A DNA stretch of 49,642 nucleotides from Promethearchaeota archaeon (lineage in GTDB: Archaea; Asgardarchaeota; Thorarchaeia; Thorarchaeales; Thorarchaeaceae). The DNA lies in assembly GCA_014728035.1 (NCBI GenBank), contig WJMJ01000100.1:1-49642 (forward strand). Reading direction: 5' to 3'. The translations under genes were made by a program, and so were the position numbers. Of the stretch, positions 37,507-46,141 are shown piece by piece. Under the pieces are notes generated by a model. The model did not search any database. It was not told the DNA's origin and saw only the letters and a program-made list of their open reading frames with translations. The stretch's first letter is position 1, and each line of letters starts with the position of its first letter.

Positions 37507-37706
37507 TGATATCTCCTTGATATCTATATGGATTATTATTTGACAAGTTAGTTTCTTATCTTAATAGATTTGATGTGATGCATTAGGGCATATGCTAGAT
37601 CTCCAAATTTCCAATCCGTTTAATATGAAGGTTGAAGGAGGTTTTTATTAATTAGAAGAATGAATATATAACTTGTATCACATTATTTCACATTGAGTTG
37701 AAACAA

Positions 37707-37931
37707 ATGGCTGTTGCAATCGTTCTTATCCAAGTAAAAGGCGGAAAAGCAAAATCAGTATATGAAGCTATCAAGAAAATTAACGGAGTCAAAGAGGTGC
37801 ATGTAGTTACAGGACCATATGATGTGATCGCGTACATCGACTTACCTGACCGCTCTGAGTATCGAGGTATCGTCTTTGAAATTCATGAAATTTCTGGAGT
37901 AGCAAAGACGGAAACCTGTATTTCTTTGTAG
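37707..37931 (+). CDS. stand-alone Lrp/AsnC ligand-binding (RAM) domain protein
   Basis: VKEVHVVTGPYDVIA...I..ISGVAKTET. No HTH. Confidence 0.88.
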   Translation: MAVAIVLIQVKGGKAKSVYEAIKKINGVKEVHVVTGPYDVIAYIDLPDRSEYRGIVFEIHEISGVAKTETCISL

Positions 37932-38263
37932 TAATAACTAGCAATTGGAGGGGAGTTCATTTTTATTTCAAAATTATAGTCAGTTGCGGTAATATACTCT
38001 TTTGAAGTCTACTTTCAAAAATGTATGTCGCTAGTTTTCAGAACCTTTCTACCATTTTTCAGATAATACTGAAATATCTGAAGTGTTTTTGTGAAAACCA
38101 ACTAATATTCTTATCAGTTGATTTTCTGAAACCTAAAATTTTATTTTAATCTATTATGTATAGAATAATTTAACATTTTAATAAAGTAATATCATATAGA
38201 ATAGATTATAAACGATATTAATAGCAGGAAATCTATAGTAATGTGATAAGAGGAAATGTGATT

Positions 38264-38443
38264 ATGATTCTGCTTGAGATACTTGAAGAATTAGCATCCA
38301 CCTTTTTCATAATGGTGTATATAGCTGCTTTAACCTTAATCCTACACAAACTGAAGACTCTCATAAATACAGGGAAAACAGCTCAACAGGAGATTGAGTG
38401 CACACCTCAGCCTTCTCACAAAATACCCATTTTTTCACTCTAA
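38264..38443 (+). CDS. possible small single-TM protein upstream of antiporter
   Basis: 59 aa from ATG 38264 with one hydrophobic helix. Ends about 20 nt before the antiporter start. Confidence 0.4.
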   Translation: MILLEILEELASTFFIMVYIAALTLILHKLKTLINTGKTAQQEIECTPQPSHKIPIFSL

Positions 38444-38464
38444 CTTAATTCAGAGGAATTGATT

Positions 38465-39733
38465 ATGGATAATATTCCAATTATAATTGGCGTAGGTTTA
38501 GTTATGGCATTTATCGCCTCAAAGGTTTTCAAACGTATAGGTATCCCACAGGTAGTAGGATTCATGGTAGCAGGAATTATACTTCGATTATCTGGTATAA
38601 TTACAGTTGATGATGTTAGCACCCTAAGCGTGATCTTCTCTTTAGCATTGGGTCTGATTGGATACAATATTGGGCTAGAGCTGCAGACAAAGATTCTTCG
38701 TGGGCGAATCAAGAAAATCATGCTTATTGTTATCCTAGAAGCTACAACAGCTTTTTGGATTGTCACACTTCTAGTCTTCTTTGTAACTCAACAATTCTAT
38801 GTTGCACTAATTTTAGGGTCCATTGCCAGTGCCACGGCACCAGCTGCAACAGCTGATGTTGTTTGGGATCACGAATGCAAAGGTCCTGTGACAGAGTCAT
38901 TGATGTTCGTTCTTGCAATGGATGACATCATTGCAGTTGTATTGACAAACATAGCAATCTCATACACAATTTATCTCCTATCCAGTTCAACCGCTTCTTT
39001 CCTTCCGATGTTGATGATACCTTTAATCATGACTTTTGGATCGTTAGCAATAGGTGGAATTTTTGGAGTTGTATTTGTCATGTTTGTAAAACGTGAGGAT
39101 AAGAAGGGTGTAATTGTAGAACTTGAGATAGCTCTCATTATTCTTCTGGTTGGCTTGGTTGATTTTCTAGCTCTTAATGATATTCTCGCTGCTATTGCTT
39201 TTGGTGTCATTGTTGGGAATTGGGTTCCAGAGGAGAAGCAAGAAGGCACCCATCTCTTAGAAGTAATTATGGCTCCTATTGTAATGCTATTCTTTGTACT
39301 AGCAGGAGCTAAGACCGATTTAGGAATTTTCTTTGGTGATATTGGTCTTATTGTTATGGTTCTGACATTGCTTTACATTGGTGGTCGTACCATTGGAAAG
39401 GTTCTTGGTGCTCGTGCAGGTGCTACAGTGACGGATTCAGGTTCTACAGTTAAGCAATATCTTGGTATATGCCTCTTGAGTCAGGCTGGAGTTGCTCTTG
39501 GTTTGAGTGTCATAATCGAAAGAGAATTTGCTGCAATCGGCGGAGATGCTGCGATATTTGGTACGATGATTTTGAGTGTAGTAGCTATTTCGACTATTAT
39601 CTTAGAAATAGTTGGACCTATTGCTGCGAAATGGGGTCTAAAACAAGCTGGCGAGATTGGGAATGGTAGAAGAGATTGTAGGGAGCCAGAAACTGAGAAA
39701 TCTGAAACTCCTGTACAGCAGGTAGAGTCATGA
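38465..39733 (+). CDS. cation:proton antiporter (CPA2/Kef-type membrane domain)
   Basis: IPQVVGFMVAG, IGLEL, ASATAPAAT, LAMDD, FFVLAG and SQAGVALGL. Confidence 0.9.
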   Translation: MDNIPIIIGVGLVMAFIASKVFKRIGIPQVVGFMVAGIILRLSGIITVDDVSTLSVIFSLALGLIGYNIGLELQTKILRGRIKKIMLIVILEATTAFWIVTLLVFFVTQQFYVALILGSIASATAPAATADVVWDHECKGPVTESLMFVLAMDDIIAVVLTNIAISYTIYLLSSSTASFLPMLMIPLIMTFGSLAIGGIFGVVFVMFVKREDKKGVIVELEIALIILLVGLVDFLALNDILAAIAFGVIVGNWVPEEKQEGTHLLEVIMAPIVMLFFVLAGAKTDLGIFFGDIGLIVMVLTLLYIGGRTIGKVLGARAGATVTDSGSTVKQYLGICLLSQAGVALGLSVIIEREFAAIGGDAAIFGTMILSVVAISTIILEIVGPIAAKWGLKQAGEIGNGRRDCREPETEKSETPVQQVES

Positions 39734-39888
39734 CTTGACGAGCATAAAAATTGGATAGAAGAATGATAAAGGAATCGGATATTTGAAGATGCAGAATCTC
39801 ACTATTCACCGTTGTGATAAGGCATCTTCATCCTTTATTACACCGAAGACTATAAAACGAGTGTCAGGGCTTCGACCTCACACTGAGT

Positions 39889-41691
39889 ATGAATTTCCCC
39901 TCAGTAGGAAGTAATCTGAAGATGTCACGACGTCAGGGTAAAACCATATTTACTATACTTTTCGTGTGGTTAGTATTATCACCATACGTAACAATTGCGA
40001 TTTCACCAACCAATATCCACGCAAGGGATGAATCAAAGTTCACTGCAGCTGACATTACTCTGGAGGACCATCCTGATATGACATATGAAAATGGGTCCCT
40101 TGGTAAACAGATAGCTTGGGAAGCTTCATCCAAAAATCCCAAGAATTACAGTGTAACTAGAAATGGGGAAACCTACACTGATGGACAATGGTTGGGAAAT
40201 GATGTAATTGTCAATTTAGACCATCTTTATGATGATGATCTCATTGATAGCCTTCCTGCTACTTTCGAGTTCATTCTTACTCTGTTCGATAGAAATAACG
40301 AATCCTCGTCCGATACTGTCACCGTAACCGTAGTTGCTGATGAACGTGCTCCAGAAGTTACTATTGATTACGAGAATCTAATTCCGGGCAATGAGAACAA
40401 CTTCACATATGAAGAGGGTGGGTTCGACCATATTGTTATATTTGCCATCAATGAAACCAATCCCGATTCTTTCAACTTAACCCGACAGTCTAATTGGGTA
40501 TCAGGTAATTTCTCAATTATCGATAGTGGAAACTGGGATGGCTCAAATATCACATTGAACGCTGATGGATTGAATTCAACTCACTGGTACCTTTACGAAC
40601 TGTTTCTGAATGATACACTTGGTCAGGAGACTACTGTTTTCGTCAACATTACTGTCTTGCCAGATGTGACTGCTCCAGTGGTAGACTCACCTGATGATAT
40701 TAGTTACGAGTTTGGGGATGTTGGTCAGACACTGATATGGAACATCTATGATAGTAATCCTGATAGCTATAATGTTACGGTTATCATACAAGATATAAAT
40801 GAAACATACGGCGAGTACTCTGAATTCCATGCACCAGCAAATCTTACGGTTAATGATTGGGAACTAAACAATCCCGATGGAGATGAATTGAGAATCAATA
40901 TCACTGCTCTCTATCTTGGAAACTATACCTTTACCCTTTGGCTGTTTGATAGTGTGGGATATAATTCCACAGATACTGTTAACTTGACAATCTATGAGGA
41001 CATTCGTGCACCTGTTGTGAATTCCACTCCCGATTTCGCATATGAAGAAGGGTACACTGATAATCACCTGAAATGGTCTGCAGATGAGAGCAATCCTAAG
41101 ACCTACAATCTCACTCTAGATGGTGAAGTTGTTATGGATGGGAATTGGAATGGCGAAAATCTATCATTGAATGTGGATGGTTTGGATGTAGGTGATCATT
41201 ATTACAACATGACACTGATTGATTTCTTTGATCAAGTTACAATTGTCATAACTGTTGTCACAGTAACACCTGATGCTCATAATCCAATTGTCAACAACAT
41301 TCGAGTTATCTCAAGTTTCAATACTCCCTCATCAAACAATATCAGTATTCAAGCATATGTCTGGGATTTAAATGCTGTACTCAATGCTTCCATTGAGTAT
41401 TATACAACAAATTCAGAAGAAGTTACTACTCTGAATATGTCTTTGACATCATTTGATCTGTACCTAACATCTGTTGGTGAACTTACTCATGGAGAGGTCC
41501 TACATTATCGAGTTGTTGCTTATGATAATTCGTCCCAGAATCTCAATACAACCACAGACTGGTTTGAGTACTCGGTAAATCCAGTTCAACTTCCAGAGGT
41601 TCCACCAGCTCTATGGATTAGTGTCTTAATTCTAGGTATTTTATCAATGATAGTGATATTGTCACTGTACTTCAGAACAAAGACTCGTTAA
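39889..41691 (+). CDS. cell-surface glycoprotein with tandem Ig-like repeats and C-terminal TM anchor
   Basis: Signal/TM N-terminus, four 'PD..YE.G......W...(D/E)SNP..YN.T...G.W' repeats, many sequons, C-terminal TM + RTKTR. Start uncertain. Confidence 0.82.
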   Translation: MNFPSVGSNLKMSRRQGKTIFTILFVWLVLSPYVTIAISPTNIHARDESKFTAADITLEDHPDMTYENGSLGKQIAWEASSKNPKNYSVTRNGETYTDGQWLGNDVIVNLDHLYDDDLIDSLPATFEFILTLFDRNNESSSDTVTVTVVADERAPEVTIDYENLIPGNENNFTYEEGGFDHIVIFAINETNPDSFNLTRQSNWVSGNFSIIDSGNWDGSNITLNADGLNSTHWYLYELFLNDTLGQETTVFVNITVLPDVTAPVVDSPDDISYEFGDVGQTLIWNIYDSNPDSYNVTVIIQDINETYGEYSEFHAPANLTVNDWELNNPDGDELRINITALYLGNYTFTLWLFDSVGYNSTDTVNLTIYEDIRAPVVNSTPDFAYEEGYTDNHLKWSADESNPKTYNLTLDGEVVMDGNWNGENLSLNVDGLDVGDHYYNMTLIDFFDQVTIVITVVTVTPDAHNPIVNNIRVISSFNTPSSNNISIQAYVWDLNAVLNASIEYYTTNSEEVTTLNMSLTSFDLYLTSVGELTHGEVLHYRVVAYDNSSQNLNTTTDWFEYSVNPVQLPEVPPALWISVLILGILSMIVILSLYFRTKTR

Positions 41692-41694
41692 GTC

Positions 41695-42213
41695 TTACAA
41701 GAAACCAATTAGCGATAGAACCTTCGATGGTATCTCATCGCGATTGGTTTCCGTTACTTCTATTATTATTACGTCATCCCTTGATCTAATCTCATTTAAG
41801 AATGGATGCTTTCTCTTTTGAATAGTAGCTAATACTCTACCAGTTTCCAAACAATTTAGGACTTCATGTTTGAATTTGTCACTATATAGTTCCATTTTTG
41901 CAATCTCATCAATAACAATGATAGCTTCTTTTACTCTGGCTGTTTCCATAGATGATACTGCAATGGTATCAATGTCCTGGATATTCACACGATATTTACT
42001 TACTCTTGGTCCTTGACTGAATTTGATATGGGCTAAAACTCCTTTTTTTCCACACAAAGTTTCTATTGAAAATCCGACTCTTTTTCCTCTAACTTTGATT
42101 TCTTGTGACCAAAAGCCGCCTATTTCCACTGTATCTATTCTTTCAGCTATCTTTTTGATTGCTGTACTTTTTCCAATTCCTGGTCTTCCTGTTAACAGAA
42201 TATTGTGTTTCAT
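41695..42213 (-). CDS. NTPase (THEP1/NTPase_1 family)
   Basis: LTGRPGIGKST, GGFWSQEI, RVSKYRV and IVIDEIAKMEL. Confidence 0.9.
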   Translation of the reverse strand: MKHNILLTGRPGIGKSTAIKKIAERIDTVEIGGFWSQEIKVRGKRVGFSIETLCGKKGVLAHIKFSQGPRVSKYRVNIQDIDTIAVSSMETARVKEAIIVIDEIAKMELYSDKFKHEVLNCLETGRVLATIQKRKHPFLNEIRSRDDVIIIEVTETNRDEIPSKVLSLIGFL

Positions 42214-42222
42214 TCTTTTCAA

Positions 42223-43275
42223 TTAGTCTCTATATTTTTTCAACATCTTGAATTTTGCCATTTTTTCGATAAATTGGATTGATTTTTCATCAAGCGGTTT
42301 GGCTTCTATGACTCCACTCTGAATCGCAGATTTGAAGACATGTTCTCCTTTTACTGAGCGAATTAAGACAGTGGTCCAATCTTCTTCTGAGCCAAAATTT
42401 CCGAGAGAGATATCTGCATTCATTGCTGGTAAGTCAGTACAATAACTACAGGACTTAGTAGCTACATCATCAAGATCCGCAAGAGGCCAGCTACCCAGGG
42501 TTTTACCTATTACTTTGAATTTCCCCTTTGCAATCTCCATTTTTTCTACTGAAGCAGGTTTTATTCCGTGACTAGCTAAGAAAGCTATCAGACCCGGATA
42601 GTCAAATGATTTCATGCAAAACAGACCAAGTGTAATAACATCTCTTCTCAAATCAATCCGTAATAGGCCTGCTGGATGGGTTTTCATTCTTGCAATGGAG
42701 TCCATCGCACACGACATACCAACAACCGCAAGTGCATGATGCCCTTCTTGAAATGCTTGAAGCATTCTACCTACAACTGGTGCTTGGCTGTAGAATGTAC
42801 CATGGGAATCTCTAGCTTCTTCACCACTTGTAACAACTGTAGCTTTAGGTTTCCAAGGTTTCTCTTTATCATGTGTTGCTACTATACCCGCATCAACAAA
42901 ACCCTCTTCTATCATATGAGCAACCAGCTCTGAAGCAACACCTCCGTTTTGTCCTCGGACATTGGAAGTTGTTTTTGCTTTCCAAATACTTCTAAATTCT
43001 CCAATAATGTCACTTCGATTCGCAAAGGTTCTAGGACACATGACGTAACAGATACCACAACCAATGCATTTTCCCACGAGTATTGGTTTCATAGTACCTT
43101 GAGTATAATCAGCAGCAACTGCATCAACAGGACAACTCGAAACACAAGTTCCGCACTTCACACAAATTCCTGGTTTGATGATCTCTCTCTCTAGCTTCTT
43201 GAATGCAAATCTTTTGACATTCTCTTTTAGCCATTTTTTGGATATGTCAAGGGTCTTTGCAAAATCCGTCTTCAT
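42223..43275 (-). CDS. coenzyme F420 hydrogenase/dehydrogenase beta subunit (FrhB/FdhB/FpoF family) with N-terminal 2x[4Fe-4S]
   Basis: CVKCGTCVSSCP, CIGCGICYVMCP, QNGGVAS, GLFC, CSYCTD and ADISLGNFGS. Confidence 0.9.
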   Translation of the reverse strand: MKTDFAKTLDISKKWLKENVKRFAFKKLEREIIKPGICVKCGTCVSSCPVDAVAADYTQGTMKPILVGKCIGCGICYVMCPRTFANRSDIIGEFRSIWKAKTTSNVRGQNGGVASELVAHMIEEGFVDAGIVATHDKEKPWKPKATVVTSGEEARDSHGTFYSQAPVVGRMLQAFQEGHHALAVVGMSCAMDSIARMKTHPAGLLRIDLRRDVITLGLFCMKSFDYPGLIAFLASHGIKPASVEKMEIAKGKFKVIGKTLGSWPLADLDDVATKSCSYCTDLPAMNADISLGNFGSEEDWTTVLIRSVKGEHVFKSAIQSGVIEAKPLDEKSIQFIEKMAKFKMLKKYRD

Positions 43276-43421
43276 GAAATGGTTCTCCCTGGATGGTGTT
43301 TGTATGCTGGTGTTGGTCCAGTGAACGAATACGGAAGTTATATCAATTGTTATCTATTCTATCTTTTTTGGCAAGTCAATGACTGAAGAGTCCTTCTTGT
43401 TTCACCTAGGAGTGGAAAACC

Positions 43422-44141
43422 GTGAAGTTGTCTGAAGAGCAAATAAAATCTCTTGTCGAAGCCAGTGAAAACCATAGATGTGATCCCTTTGATTGTTGTG
43501 TTCGTTTAGAGGCTATTGCTGACCTTCCAAGTAATTTTGGTGATTTCCAAATTTGTGCTTTAGTTAGTCCGTGTGATGGAAAGGAACATACTGCAATTAT
43601 TAAAGGTAACATAATTGGGAAAGGAGGTGTTGTATGTCGAATTCATTCAGAATGTCTTACTGGTGATGTGATGGGAAGCCAACGTTGCGATTGTCGAGCT
43701 CAATTGCTTGAGTCATTGAAATATATCGAGGCGAATGGGGAAGGTGTGTTACTCTATCTTCGTCAAGAAGGAAGGAATATCGGTCTCACCGAGAAGCTCA
43801 AGGCATATGCGTTGCAAGACAAAGGCTATGATACCATTGAAGCGAATCTTCTTCTTGGCTGGCAACCTGATTCACGTGATTATGGTGTTGCTGCGCATAT
43901 TCTGAAAACCCTCGGTATCAAGTCCATTAAAATCCTGACAAACAACCCTGAGAAGATTGAACAATTGAAGGCTCATGGTATCAAGATACTCGAAAGAATT
44001 CCTCTGGTTATAGAACCTACTGAATATAGTGAATACTATCTTGAAACAAAGCAGAAAAAAGCTGGTCATCTTCTGGGTGATTTTGCAACAATTCGAGAGA
44101 TAGAGAAGATTGAAGAGATAGCTGCAGAGTTTGATGAATAG
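43422..44141 (+). CDS. ribA: GTP cyclohydrolase II
   Basis: RIHSECLTGDVMGSQRCDCRAQL, YLRQEGRNIGL and LTNNPEK. Confidence 0.93.
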   Translation: MKLSEEQIKSLVEASENHRCDPFDCCVRLEAIADLPSNFGDFQICALVSPCDGKEHTAIIKGNIIGKGGVVCRIHSECLTGDVMGSQRCDCRAQLLESLKYIEANGEGVLLYLRQEGRNIGLTEKLKAYALQDKGYDTIEANLLLGWQPDSRDYGVAAHILKTLGIKSIKILTNNPEKIEQLKAHGIKILERIPLVIEPTEYSEYYLETKQKKAGHLLGDFATIREIEKIEEIAAEFDE

Positions 44142-44254
44142 TTAATGAGATGAAGTGTGAATAGTTTCGGTCATACTCTCAAGCTCTAAGCAAAAAGGCA
44201 ACTGATGGTACTAAGTATGATATCACACTCAAAATCAATGATTTCAGTCTTGTA

Positions 44255-46141
44255 TTACTTCGTCTTTTTTTTGGAACTTATAGACCTCATGTATGCTTCT
44301 AGCACTTCTTCGGAGTTGTCCGCCTTAACAAACACAGGAACACTGTCGAGACCCATTGCAATATAGCTCGATAGTAACCAGGAACCAGGTGGAAATTCCA
44401 ACGTTTTATCTAGTATACTGAGTTCGATTTGAAATGAGCTACTTACAACTGTTCTGTCGTAAGGTCTCGGAAGTGTACCAACAAAGAATGTGTGAAGTTG
44501 TTGCATAATATTGGTGTTGAGATAGGCAATTCGCTGGGTAGCTATTGCACCTCCAAGACCGTACTTTCTTCCTTGACGGAGAAGTCGTTCGACCGATGCA
44601 CTACAGTGTGCTGTCTGTCCTGAGGCATTGGAAGGGATGAATTCTTGCGCTTCATCAAAAACAAATAGTATCTGGGGTTTGATTACAAAACTACGTTTTC
44701 GATAACGGAGTGCAGCACCCGTAAGGCGGATGACAAGGTCTCGGAGAATATCAGGTTCCGCAATGGATATACAGATGATTCGTTCTGGACCACTGAGCAT
44801 CCTGAGAATGTCCTTAACTGTGACACCATCAGCAGCAGCTTGTTTCGCTCGCTTAATCGTAGCTTTGAGACTATCACGAGTGGTCGCCCAAGCGTAGACC
44901 GTTGCTCTCTCGTTGACTTGGAATCTGATCACTGCGTTAGAGGCAGCATCTGCAAACATATCAACAAAGGCTTCGTCTATCTCCTCATTCTCAGAGAGGT
45001 CATGTGAGGACATCCAGGCTCGAACTGTATCCATTACCTCATCAATTGCTTGCACATAATTTGGCCGAGTTGAGCTATCAGCTCGGAGAGTTCGCATCTC
45101 TTGAAACAGACTGGCGAAGGTGGGTATCTGAGTACTTGGTCTATTATAGAAAGTAACTACTCCTGAATCATAGACATCTTTGAGTGCTTTTTCTGCAATG
45201 GGATCGTCTTCAAATCCGCGAGGCTTGACAATCGACCTAGCAAACTGTTCAGCATTTTTTGGCTCTTCTTCAAGAATCACCTTGGATGGTATTTTCGAAT
45301 CAACAAGAGCGTCACATAGGAGAAAAGGATACTCGCAACTAATGTCGAAAATGATAATCTTCGTGTCTTCAGTATGGAACAGAATTCTACGGAAGATATT
45401 GCTCATGAGATTACTCTTTCCTCCCCCTGTGAATGAGAAGACACCGAAGTGATACCGGATTAACTTGTGCAGATCCACATAGATTGGCACAGATTTGTCT
45501 GACTCCATGAACATTCTGAGAATGCCAAGTCGAGGGTCTTTACGCGGATCAGGTGAGGTGAATTTTTTATCCCAACTCAGAGCTTCTTTGACCCGTCCAT
45601 TGTAAATTTTGTCAACAGTGTCCATATTGATGACATGAACTTGCTCTCCAATTAGTGGATATGAGAATCCCTTCTTGAAAGAGAGTTCGTTGTCTTTATT
45701 CAAAACAAGATCATAGTTGATTGGAACTGCAGTAATGTGAATCATCATAGTTGATTGGTCAGTAGTACTCCAATCTGGAACCGCTTGTTCAATGATTTCA
45801 AGCTGAAGTGGATAATAGTGACTATCGTGTACGCCTCCGAGACCATAGTGTAAAGGCCATACTTTGCTGATTACCATGACCGTATAGCGTTCAATCTCTT
45901 CTCTCTTCGACTTTTTTGATTGCCCTCTGAAATTTCTAACCGCTATCATCATACCCTCTTCAAGCTGCGCCATCAGTTCAGGATGATATCGGACCTTGAT
46001 TCTACAATCGTACCTAGCAGCGGTTCCTGCCCACTCTGACGAATAATTTGCAGCTATTGGCATAACCCTTGCCAAGACACCATCGAAGGTGCCATCAAAG
46101 TCTGTAAAGATATCACTATGTGTTCCGTCGTGTTCGCTCAT
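44255..46141 (-). CDS. HerA/FtsK-family ATPase (HAS-barrel-like N-terminus, DUF87-type)
   Basis: HFGVFSFTGGGKSN (Walker A), IFDISCEY, LFVFDEAQEF (Walker B) and LRQGRKYGLGGAIATQR. Confidence 0.9.
   Translation of the reverse strand: MSEHDGTHSDIFTDFDGTFDGVLARVMPIAANYSSEWAGTAARYDCRIKVRYHPELMAQLEEGMMIAVRNFRGQSKKSKREEIERYTVMVISKVWPLHYGLGGVHDSHYYPLQLEIIEQAVPDWSTTDQSTMMIHITAVPINYDLVLNKDNELSFKKGFSYPLIGEQVHVINMDTVDKIYNGRVKEALSWDKKFTSPDPRKDPRLGILRMFMESDKSVPIYVDLHKLIRYHFGVFSFTGGGKSNLMSNIFRRILFHTEDTKIIIFDISCEYPFLLCDALVDSKIPSKVILEEEPKNAEQFARSIVKPRGFEDDPIAEKALKDVYDSGVVTFYNRPSTQIPTFASLFQEMRTLRADSSTRPNYVQAIDEVMDTVRAWMSSHDLSENEEIDEAFVDMFADAASNAVIRFQVNERATVYAWATTRDSLKATIKRAKQAAADGVTVKDILRMLSGPERIICISIAEPDILRDLVIRLTGAALRYRKRSFVIKPQILFVFDEAQEFIPSNASGQTAHCSASVERLLRQGRKYGLGGAIATQRIAYLNTNIMQQLHTFFVGTLPRPYDRTVVSSSFQIELSILDKTLEFPPGSWLLSSYIAMGLDSVPVFVKADNSEEVLEAYMRSISSKKKTK

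Noticed and set aside
37932-38263. Possible replication origin
   Set aside because: No ORB-like repeats with G-strings and no adjacent cdc6/orc1 gene; kept only as a low-interest regulatory observation.
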